Shown here: in pieces, positions 1-7,158 of the stretch
Numbering within the stretch: position 1 is the first letter of the stretch
How the letters are laid out: every line of letters starts with the position of its first letter
DNA from: a virus
Direction: 5' to 3' (one strand)
IMG/VR virus record: IMGVR_UViG_3300045988_182297
Span: 1 to 14,736 of that record
DNA: 14,736 nt
Position numbers and translations under genes: made by a program
The notes under the pieces: model-generated
The model's input: the letters and a program-made list of their open reading frames with translations, nothing else
What the model was told of the DNA's origin: nothing
The model's database searches: none

Positions 1-144
1 AGAGTATTTCCCCCCTTTCCCACCTAAAAAATTCCCCAATGGGCAAGCGAGTAACAAAATCCAACTAGGACTATATCACTTTACACATTAGAGAATTTTA
101 CTTTACACTTTATAATTTTTAGGTTTACACTTTTAAGAGGTTAT
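1..144. repeat. Left inverted terminal repeat; 86-144 directly matched, 1-85 inferred
   Basis: Positions 86-144 (CATTAGAGAATTTTACTTTACACTTTATAATTTTTAGGTTTACACTTTTAAGAGGTTAT) are the exact reverse complement of 14678-14736. Positions 1-85 lie outside the match because the right end of the window stops there. Confidence 0.9.
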
Positions 145-153
145 AAGTTTACA

Positions 154-1203
154 TTAATAAGTTAAGTATTTAACTAGATATTGCATAACATTATTTTTTA
201 TTTGTTGATTATCAAAATTTAATCTTGCTAGTCGGTAATGTTCTATTATGGATTGAAAAAATGGTGATTTTCTTGTTCGTATTAAAAGTGTTGTTTCATT
301 ATGGTCATCAGGATTGATGGAAAATCTAACAGGACAGTTTGGGTCATAATCATATGATATATACATCATGTTTAGTTTATAATCACACCATACACCATAA
401 CATTTATTATTAATAACTAATATAAAATAAAATTTAGATTGTTTTGATTTTTTATTTATAAATGCTTTACTATCTCTTAAAAATTCATTATCAATAGCAT
501 AACGACCATATTCTGTACCATCTATTAATTGACCAAAACGAGTTGATTTTTTATAATCTCTGTATGCTTGATTTTTGGCGTAATATATAACAATTAATGG
601 TTGACCCTCATTATCTCTTTTTGCAATTTTAACTTCACTATTATATGGAAGTGTTAAATCAAAAAAGGTAAAGTAAGGGTTTGTAATTGATATGGCATTA
701 CCTAAAAATATAATCCTAATATTACGAAGTCTTGCAACTGTTTCAATAACATCTAATAGTTGTATAACTTCATTTTGTAAATAATGGTAACTGCCTTTAT
801 CAATTAAAAATTCATCAAATATAATTGTATCTACATTTTCATATGTTGATGATTTTAATATATTGGCAATTGATAAAGGCATGGCAAATCCACAGATTTT
901 ACCGTTAATTGACATAGTATCTTTAGTATTTGAAAACTTAATATCACCAAAATTCTTTTTTAAATCTTCATCATTTTTTATTTGGTCAAAGAATATTGGT
1001 GTATTATGTTTCATCATTGCTTCTTTTAATTCTGTTTTGTATCTTCTTAAATATACAAATTGTTTATGTTTCTTTAAAAACCTTTTAGCGACATATTTTT
1101 TAGCACCATAACTTTTACCAAGTCCTCTTTCTGTTATTATGTAAGTCATTAATGCATTATATGACATAGGTTTATCAAAATCAAGATAAATATTTTCTTT
1201 CAT
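154..1203 (-). CDS. phi29 gp16-like DNA packaging (encapsidation) ATPase
   Basis: 349-aa ORF with Walker A-like 'TERGLGKSYGAKKYVAKRF' and Walker B 'VDTIIFDEF'. Size is typical of this family. RBS on minus strand AAGGTGG immediately upstream. Confidence 0.92.
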   Translation of the reverse strand: MKENIYLDFDKPMSYNALMTYIITERGLGKSYGAKKYVAKRFLKKHKQFVYLRRYKTELKEAMMKHNTPIFFDQIKNDEDLKKNFGDIKFSNTKDTMSINGKICGFAMPLSIANILKSSTYENVDTIIFDEFLIDKGSYHYLQNEVIQLLDVIETVARLRNIRIIFLGNAISITNPYFTFFDLTLPYNSEVKIAKRDNEGQPLIVIYYAKNQAYRDYKKSTRFGQLIDGTEYGRYAIDNEFLRDSKAFINKKSKQSKFYFILVINNKCYGVWCDYKLNMMYISYDYDPNCPVRFSINPDDHNETTLLIRTRKSPFFQSIIEHYRLARLNFDNQQIKNNVMQYLVKYLTY

Positions 1204-1460
1204 ATTATACCACCTTAAAATAAAAGATGCAGATTATTTTCTATATTATTACACTGTATCACCAGATTATAATACTTGCCTGTTCTTCACAGTGATTATG
1301 CAAATATTAATTATAATAATTTAAATAGAAACACCCACACCTATAAATAAGTAGTTTTAATGACTTAATGTCTAACTACAATATAATTATACTATAAAAT
1401 GATAAACTTTACAACCCTTTACATTTTATAAAACTTTTTTAAAAAATGTTTTAAAAAATG

Positions 1461-1489
1461 TTGACTTTTAAAAAACATTATAGTAAGAT
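1461..1489 (+). promoter_or_regulatory. Candidate early rightward promoter
   Basis: TTGACT (1461-1466), 17-nt spacer, TAAGAT (1484-1489), followed by GAAAGGAAG and the first rightward ORF at 1508. Confidence 0.6.
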
Positions 1490-1507
1490 GATTATAGTGA
1501 AAGGAAG

Positions 1508-1702
1508 ATGAAAATGAAAAGAATAGTTTTGAAAAAGTGGGTTGAGGTTGTAATTATTTTTATACAGGTTATATTATTTATGATTTTAGGTAGTGAAAGT
1601 GATGATTTAAAAGTATTTATTATTTCAAAATTAATAGCATTAATAATATTTGGGATAAATAATATTATATTATTTAAATATTCAAGATTAATGGAGGATT
1701 AA
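1508..1702 (+). CDS. Small predicted membrane protein (two hydrophobic segments), function unknown
   Basis: 64 aa; hydrophobic stretches VEVVIIFIQVILFMIL and IISKLIALIIFGINNIILF; RBS GAAAGGAAG at about 1499-1507. Confidence 0.7.
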   Translation: MKMKRIVLKKWVEVVIIFIQVILFMILGSESDDLKVFIISKLIALIIFGINNIILFKYSRLMED

Positions 1703-1703
1703 A

Positions 1704-1844
1704 ATGTATATATTAAAATATTATATAAATTCAAGATATTTTGGATTTAATAGGGTTGTATATAAAGAGTTTGAAACATATCAGGATTTAATATCATATT
1801 GTTATAAACATAAAATTAAAGATTATGATGTATATATTAAATAA
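1704..1844 (+). CDS. Small hypothetical protein (46 aa)
   Basis: Below the track's length cutoff. ATG at 1704 after TGGAGGATTAAA; MYILKYYINSRYFGFNRVVYKEFETYQDLISYCYKHKIKDYDVYIK*. Confidence 0.55.
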   Translation: MYILKYYINSRYFGFNRVVYKEFETYQDLISYCYKHKIKDYDVYIK

Positions 1845-1867
1845 GATTATGAATTTATTGAGGTGAT

Positions 1868-2002
1868 ATGATGGAATATACTTTTAGAAATTATAAATTA
1901 TTTTGTTATGATTTTAATTTAAAACCTAGTTATTGGTCAAGTTTAATGATATTTAAAAGATATTGTGAGGGTGATTATGACATTGTATTTAGTCTTGTAT
2001 AA
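1868..2002 (+). CDS. Small hypothetical protein (43-44 aa)
   Basis: Preceded by GAGGTGAT. MMEYTFRNYKLFCYDFNLKPSYWSSLMIFKRYCEGDYDIVFSLV*. Confidence 0.5.
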   Translation: MMEYTFRNYKLFCYDFNLKPSYWSSLMIFKRYCEGDYDIVFSLV

Positions 2003-2138
2003 TAGAGAAAATAAAAAACAATTTACAAAATATTTTGAAACAGAGTTTGAAATGGATAAATTTAAAAGGAAGTTAAAATATTCAAAAAAATTATTTGTCA
2101 TTGAAGATAGCAGAGATATTTGTTATTTATATGACTAA
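1995..2138 (+). CDS. Small hypothetical protein, possible TTG start overlapping the previous ORF
   Basis: Open frame LYNRENKKQFTKYFETEFEMDKFKRKLKYSKKLFVIEDSRDICYLYD*. Start codon uncertain; an internal ATG is the alternative. Confidence 0.35.
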   Translation: MYNRENKKQFTKYFETEFEMDKFKRKLKYSKKLFVIEDSRDICYLYD

Positions 2139-2186
2139 CACTATTTTAATAATAGTGTAAGACTAATATAATATGTTGGTCTTACA
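2138..2186 (+). promoter_or_regulatory. Overlapping alternative hairpins plus a TATAAT box
   Basis: ACACTATT(2138-2145)/AATAGTGT(2151-2158) and TGTAAGAC(2156-2163)/GTCTTACA(2179-2186), which share 2156-2158. Perfect TATAAT at 2167-2172. Confidence 0.4.
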
Positions 2187-2217
2187 GTGTTATTAAAGAA
2201 AGGTGGTGAGTTATCTC

Positions 2218-2412
2218 ATGTTAAAAATAACACTTATAGTACAAGAAAAGAAAGATAAATCAGGTAATTGTACTGTAAAAATTAAAGTACCTGATAAATT
2301 AGATAAAGCAAGTATACCTGAAAAACAATGTGGTGCAATGGTATACAATGCAGTTGATTATGCACTACAAAATATGAATAAAGAAAGTGAGATTGAAAAT
2401 TATGGAAAATGA
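2218..2412 (+). CDS. Hypothetical early protein (64 aa)
   Basis: ORF in the track starts at GTG 2203. ATG at 2218 sits after AAAGGTGGTGAG and is the more likely start (MLKITLIVQEKKDKSGNCTVKIKVPDK...). Confidence 0.65.
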   Translation: MLKITLIVQEKKDKSGNCTVKIKVPDKLDKASIPEKQCGAMVYNAVDYALQNMNKESEIENYGK

Positions 2413-2815
2413 AAAAAATGAAATTACATTATTTACAGGAGTTAAAAACAAAATTTATTGTAGTATAGTAGCAGAAAGTGAAGAAAGTAAAAAGCAATTA
2501 TTTAATGCACTTGAAACTTGTGATGCATTATTAAATGATTGTGTTGGTCAAGAAATAGCAATTAAAGATATTTATGTTGAAGAAAGAGAAATTACTGATG
2601 AAGAAACAGGCGAAGTAAGACCAAAATACAGAACTATTTTATTTGATGAAAGTGGTCAAACATATGCAACAGGTAGTTATGGTATATTTAATATTGTAAA
2701 GAAAATTGTATCAATTTATGGACTTCCTACAAAATGGGAAAATCCAATTAAAGTAAAAGTATCTAAAAGACCAATTGGAAATGGTAAACAATCACTAACA
2801 TTAACATTGATATAG
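2402..2815 (+). CDS. Putative phage single-stranded DNA-binding protein
   Basis: ATG at 2402 (track start 2387 is GTG). MENEKNEITLFTGVKNKIYCSIVAESEESKKQLFNALETCDALLNDCVGQEI... resembles SSB-annotated proteins of gut phi29-like phages. Position just upstream of the TP/polymerase pair supports a replication role. Confidence 0.55.
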   Translation: MENEKNEITLFTGVKNKIYCSIVAESEESKKQLFNALETCDALLNDCVGQEIAIKDIYVEEREITDEETGEVRPKYRTILFDESGQTYATGSYGIFNIVKKIVSIYGLPTKWENPIKVKVSKRPIGNGKQSLTLTLI

Positions 2816-2833
2816 TTTTTCTATATCAATGTT
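2803..2833 (+). other. Perfect 13-bp stem-loop spanning the stop codon of the SSB-like gene
   Basis: AACATTGATATAG (2803-2815), TTTTT loop, CTATATCAATGTT (2821-2833). Confidence 0.8.
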
Positions 2834-2848
2834 TTACTAGGTGATAAC

Positions 2849-3163
2849 ATGCGTACTATTCGTGGTATTTATTATGACTTACAAGAAAGTGTTTACTCTT
2901 TTTCATATGATAGGTTAACATTTTATTTTTCAAGTAAATACTATTTACAAAAATTTAAAGATAGTTATGTTAATTATATAAAACAAGAAACATTAAAACT
3001 ATCATCAAAATATAAATGTTGTGTTTATGGTGATGAAATGATACTTATTTCTTTATATAAAAATATTGAAAAAAGAGGGTTTAGGGTTGAATATAAAGGA
3101 AAAAGCATTGATGAAATATGTTATGTTGATGCAGTATTAAATTGTGATGAAATTGGGGTGTAA
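2849..3163 (+). CDS. Hypothetical early protein (104 aa)
   Basis: MRTIRGIYYDLQESVYSFSYDRLTFYFSSKYYLQKFKDSYVNYIKQETLKLSSKYKC...; RBS CTAGGTGAT upstream. Confidence 0.7.
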   Translation: MRTIRGIYYDLQESVYSFSYDRLTFYFSSKYYLQKFKDSYVNYIKQETLKLSSKYKCCVYGDEMILISLYKNIEKRGFRVEYKGKSIDEICYVDAVLNCDEIGV

Positions 3164-3166
3164 TAT

Positions 3167-3979
3167 ATGGCAATTAGATATGATAAGAAATTAAATCAGG
3201 AAATTAATAAAGTTGTAAAAAACTTTAATCAAAAAATTGCAAGACTTGAAAAGATGGAAAAAGACCTCATTTTACCTGAAAGAATAACTAAAAAAGATTT
3301 AAAATCAAATTATTATACAAGAACAGATTTAAGAAGAAAGTTAAGAGAATTAAAAAGATATTCAAGTCGTGGTATTGAAGAAACTATTACTACAAGTGGT
3401 GGTGTAACAATGTCAAGATATGAACTTAAAAACATACAAATTGAAAGTAGAAGAATAAAATCAAATTTAACAAGAGAAATAAAAAAGTTAAAAGTAACTA
3501 CACCAAAAGTATTTGGTAAAAATCAGGCAATGAGTTTTGCACAGATGGGTGACCAATATTATTTAAATTTACAAGCAAGAAGAAATGCATTAAATAAAGG
3601 AAAAATTACAGAACTATCAAAAGAACAACTTGAACAATATAGTAAACTTTTACAAAAAACACGAAGAAATAAAGAATATTATAACAATATTTTTAAAGAA
3701 AATTATCAAAATATGCTTACTGATTTAGGTTATTTTTATGGTTATGATAATCAAAAATTAAATGATTTAAAAAGCAAAATTGATAAACTTGATAGTGATA
3801 AATTTTTAAAGTTATTTAGGGAAGAAAAATCAATACAAGCAATTTTGGATTATTATCCTAATATTAAAGTTAAGGCAGGGAAAAATGCAATAAATCCTGA
3901 TGACATCAAGGAAGATGTAACAGTTTTGTATGATGCATTAATTGATAATATAGATAATATTCTAAAAGATTATGCTTAA
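3167..3979 (+). CDS. Putative DNA terminal protein (replication primer)
   Basis: 270 aa, basic, highly charged and helical-looking, close to phi29 TP in size. Immediately upstream of and overlapping (8 nt) the protein-primed DNA polymerase gene. Assignment rests mainly on synteny and composition. Confidence 0.75.
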   Translation: MAIRYDKKLNQEINKVVKNFNQKIARLEKMEKDLILPERITKKDLKSNYYTRTDLRRKLRELKRYSSRGIEETITTSGGVTMSRYELKNIQIESRRIKSNLTREIKKLKVTTPKVFGKNQAMSFAQMGDQYYLNLQARRNALNKGKITELSKEQLEQYSKLLQKTRRNKEYYNNIFKENYQNMLTDLGYFYGYDNQKLNDLKSKIDKLDSDKFLKLFREEKSIQAILDYYPNIKVKAGKNAINPDDIKEDVTVLYDALIDNIDNILKDYA

Positions 3980-5720
3980 ATTTACTGCAGATTTTGAAAC
4001 TAATGTCAGTGAAACTGATTGCAGGGTATGGGCATATGCATTATGTGAAATTGGTAACCCTAATAACTTTATTTATGGTAATTGTATTGATGATTTTATT
4101 AAGTTTTGTCAAAATAAAAAACAAAATTATGTATTGTACTTTCACAATTTAAAGTTTGATGGTGAATATATATTTAATTATTTACTTAATAATGGTTATG
4201 AGTGTATAAAAGATAAAAAACAAAGACATGATAAATCTTTTACAACTTTAATTAGTGATACAGGTCAATTTTATTCAATAGAAATATTTTTTGAAACAAA
4301 AAATCCTAAACATATAAATAAAGTAACAATATATGATAGTTTAAAAATACTTAATTTTAGTGTTGAACAAATTGCAAAAGATTTTAATTTACCTATACAA
4401 AAACTTGAACTTGATTATAATACTATTCGTGAAATTGGTCATGAACTTACAGAACATGAAATTAATTATATTAAAAATGATGTTGAAATAATGGCAAGGG
4501 CATTAAAAATAATGTTTGATGAAAATTTAACTAAAATGACAATTGGCAGTGATGCACTTCATAATTATAAAGAAATGAATAAAAATTTTAATAAATATTT
4601 TCCTGTATTACCATATGAAATTGATAAAGATATAAGAAAGTCATACAAGGGTGGTTTTACATATTTAAATGATTGTTATAAAGAAAAAGAAACTGAAAAA
4701 GGTTTTGTACTAGATGTAAATAGTTTATACCCATCAGTTATGATGTATGAAAAATTACCATTTGGTGACCCTCTTTTCTTTAATGGAAAATATGAGAAAG
4801 ATTTATTATATCCTCTTTATGTACAAACATTTTCATGTATATTTAAGGTAAAAGAAAATAAAATACCCACAATACAGATAAAAAATAATTTATCATTTTT
4901 ACCTAATGAATATATAAAATCAAGTGATGGTGATATTGTAACTCTTACACTTACTAATATTGATATAGAATTATTTTTTGAACATTATGATGTATGGGAA
5001 ATAACCTATCATAGTGGGTGGAAGTTTAGAGCAATAAAAGGTTTATTTTCATCGTATATTGATTATTGGTCAATGCAAAAAATAAATGCAAAGAAAAATA
5101 AAAATGATGCACTTTACAGAATAAGTAAATTAATGCTTAATAGTTTATATGGCAAGTTTGGTCTTAATCCTGATGTAAGAGGCAAATATCCATATTTAAA
5201 TGAAGATGGTATTGTTAAATATGGTATGTATGAACAGGAACATAGAGATGGTATATACATACCAATAGCATCATTTATAACTAGTTATGCAAGAAGAAAA
5301 ACAATCACTACATCACAAATTATAAAAGAATATTCAATTAATAAATATAAAAAAGATTATTATATTTATAGTGATACAGATAGTATACATTTACTTGATA
5401 TTGATATAAAAGAACTTGAACAGATTATTGAAGTTGATGATTATAAACTTGGTGCATGGAAACTTGAAAGTACATTTAAAAAAGGTAAATATTTAAGACA
5501 AAAATGTTATATTGAACTAGGTTATGATGATATACTTAATGTAACAGTAGCAGGTCTACCAAAAAGACTTGCACCTCTTATTAATTTTGATAATTTTAAT
5601 ATTGGATTTACTACTGAAAATATAGATAATGAAAAGATAAAAGAAACAGGCAAAAAACTTACTTTTAAACATGTTAAGGGTGGTGTTTTATTGGTTGATA
5701 CTGATTTTACAATTAAATAA
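3972..5720 (+). CDS. Protein-primed family B DNA polymerase (phi29-type)
   Basis: 582 aa with ExoI 'DFET', ExoII 'HNLKFDGEYI', ExoIII 'YIKNDVEIMARAL', motif A 'DVNSLYPSVM', motif B 'KLMLNSLYGKFG', motif C 'YSDTDS' and KxY-region 'KGKYLRQKCY'. Confidence 0.98.
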   Translation: MLKFTADFETNVSETDCRVWAYALCEIGNPNNFIYGNCIDDFIKFCQNKKQNYVLYFHNLKFDGEYIFNYLLNNGYECIKDKKQRHDKSFTTLISDTGQFYSIEIFFETKNPKHINKVTIYDSLKILNFSVEQIAKDFNLPIQKLELDYNTIREIGHELTEHEINYIKNDVEIMARALKIMFDENLTKMTIGSDALHNYKEMNKNFNKYFPVLPYEIDKDIRKSYKGGFTYLNDCYKEKETEKGFVLDVNSLYPSVMMYEKLPFGDPLFFNGKYEKDLLYPLYVQTFSCIFKVKENKIPTIQIKNNLSFLPNEYIKSSDGDIVTLTLTNIDIELFFEHYDVWEITYHSGWKFRAIKGLFSSYIDYWSMQKINAKKNKNDALYRISKLMLNSLYGKFGLNPDVRGKYPYLNEDGIVKYGMYEQEHRDGIYIPIASFITSYARRKTITTSQIIKEYSINKYKKDYYIYSDTDSIHLLDIDIKELEQIIEVDDYKLGAWKLESTFKKGKYLRQKCYIELGYDDILNVTVAGLPKRLAPLINFDNFNIGFTTENIDNEKIKETGKKLTFKHVKGGVLLVDTDFTIK

Positions 5721-5734
5721 TAGGAAGTGATAAA

Positions 5735-5896
5735 ATGAAAAGATATTTTACTGATAATAAAAAATTATTTAGATTTATAAACAGTGATAAATATGACATA
5801 AAAGAAATAAGAACTATAAGAAAACATGAAAGAAAAGGTATATGGAAAAAATATCACATATCATCATATTGTATTATTTATGAAAAAATAGTATAA
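5735..5896 (+). CDS. Small basic hypothetical protein (53 aa)
   Basis: RBS TAGGAAGTGAT then ATG at 5735. MKRYFTDNKKLFRFINSDKYDIKEIRTIRKHERKGIWKKYHISSYCIIYEKIV*. Confidence 0.5.
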   Translation: MKRYFTDNKKLFRFINSDKYDIKEIRTIRKHERKGIWKKYHISSYCIIYEKIV

Positions 5897-5897
5897 T
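5869..5897 (+). promoter_or_regulatory. Candidate promoter upstream of the lysis/structural genes
   Basis: TTGTAT (5869-5874), 17-nt spacer, TATAAT (5892-5897), about 23 nt before the holin start. Confidence 0.35.
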
Positions 5898-5920
5898 GTG
5901 ATTATAAGGTAGGTGATAAT

Positions 5921-6310
5921 ATGAAAATAACAATAAATGAAGTATTTAGTGTTATTTTAACAACAATTATTTATTTACTAGGTGGTCTTGATATAGCACT
6001 TAAAAGTTTATTAATTGTTATGATAATTGATTATTTAACAGGTGTTGCAAGTGCTATATACAACAAAAAATTATCAAGTGCAATTGGTTTTAAAGGCATT
6101 ATAAAAAAGTTTTGTTATTTATTAATTGTTGCACTTGCAGTTGTAATTGATAATTTAACAGGTCAAAGTGGTGTTATAAGAACACTTGTAATTTATTTTT
6201 TAGTAAGTAATGATGGTATATCAATTATTGAAAATATGGCAGAACTTAATATTAAATTACCTAGTAAATTAATTGAAGTATTGGAACAATTAAAAAAGAA
6301 AGGTGAATAA
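5921..6310 (+). CDS. Phage holin (holin_4 / toxin-secretion holin family)
   Basis: 129 aa with hydrophobic N-terminal segments, 'IDYLTGVASAIYNKKLSSAIGFKGIIKK' and 'NDGISIIENMAELNIKLPSKLIEVLEQLK', typical of the family. RBS AGGTGAT. Confidence 0.9.
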   Translation: MKITINEVFSVILTTIIYLLGGLDIALKSLLIVMIIDYLTGVASAIYNKKLSSAIGFKGIIKKFCYLLIVALAVVIDNLTGQSGVIRTLVIYFLVSNDGISIIENMAELNIKLPSKLIEVLEQLKKKGE

Positions 6311-6311
6311 T

Positions 6312-6422
6312 ATGGAAAATGAAGAAGTAAATGAAGAAATTAAAGATTTACCATTTGGTTTAACTGATGAAGAATATTTTGAAATAGGTGGTGATGATAA
6401 TGATACCAATAAAAACAAGTGA
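6312..6422 (+). CDS. Very small acidic hypothetical protein (36 aa)
   Basis: ATG at 6312 following GGTGAATAAT. MENEEVNEEIKDLPFGLTDEEYFEIGGDDNDTNKNK*; overlaps the start of the endolysin gene. Confidence 0.4.
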   Translation: MENEEVNEEIKDLPFGLTDEEYFEIGGDDNDTNKNK

Positions 6423-7158
6423 TGTAAGAGTATCATCATATTATGGTAATCGTGAATATTATTATCAAGGTAAATTAATTAAAGATTTTCATCATGGTAT
6501 AGACCTTGTACCCAAAAAATGTAATGGTAATGAAGAAATACTTGCATTTGAAGATGGTGAAGTTATTGGGGTACAAAAAATTGGTAAACAATATGGTAAT
6601 GGTTGTTATGTTAGAATAAAACATGATAATGGAATTAATACTTTATATTATCATTTAAAAAGTGAAACTATATGTGTTAATGTTGGTGATAAAGTTAAAA
6701 AAGGTCAAAAGATAGGTATAATTGGTACAACAGGACATAGTACAGGTATACATTTACATTTTCAAATTGATAAAGGTAATAATAGTACATCAATTAATCC
6801 ATATGATTATGTTTTTAATAATAAAGAATTAATTGAAAAAATTGGTTATGAAAAATATACTGATGAACAACTTGCACAAATGGTATGGCATGGTTATTTT
6901 GGAAATGGTGAAGAAAGAAAAAAGAAACTAGGTAATAGATACAATGCAGTACAAAAAATTGTTAATGAACAAGCAAAAATAAAAGAATTAAATAAAACTG
7001 ATTTATTGGAACTAGTCAAAAAAACAATTCGTGGTGATTTTGGAAATGGTGAAGAAAGAAAAAAGAAACTAGGTAATAGATATAATGAAGTACAAAATCA
7101 AGTTAATTTAAATATAAAAAATAAAACTACATCATGGAATAATATAAAATTATATTAG
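6400..7158 (+). CDS. Endolysin: M23 metallopeptidase domain plus two CW_7/Cpl-7-like repeats
   Basis: Start probably ATG 6400 (track 6388 is GTG) after AGGTGGTGATG. M23 motifs 'HHGIDLV' and 'GIHLHFQ'; C-terminal duplicated 'GNGEERKKKLGNRYN.VQ' units resemble Cpl-7 cell-wall-binding repeats. Confidence 0.88.
   Translation: MIPIKTSDVRVSSYYGNREYYYQGKLIKDFHHGIDLVPKKCNGNEEILAFEDGEVIGVQKIGKQYGNGCYVRIKHDNGINTLYYHLKSETICVNVGDKVKKGQKIGIIGTTGHSTGIHLHFQIDKGNNSTSINPYDYVFNNKELIEKIGYEKYTDEQLAQMVWHGYFGNGEERKKKLGNRYNAVQKIVNEQAKIKELNKTDLLELVKKTIRGDFGNGEERKKKLGNRYNEVQNQVNLNIKNKTTSWNNIKLY

Noticed and set aside
161-174. Small palindrome GTTAA-GTAT-TTAAC next to the left ITR
   Set aside because: Short, AT-only apart from the ends, and inside the ATPase coding sequence. 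Chance is likely at this base composition.
863-1111. Plus-strand 82-aa ORF in the track
   Set aside because: Antisense to the well-supported packaging ATPase, with no good RBS and composition typical of a shadow frame.
6896-7082. Possible CRISPR-like repeat
   Set aside because: Only two copies, in frame within a coding gene with a 47-codon period. Protein-domain duplication explains it.
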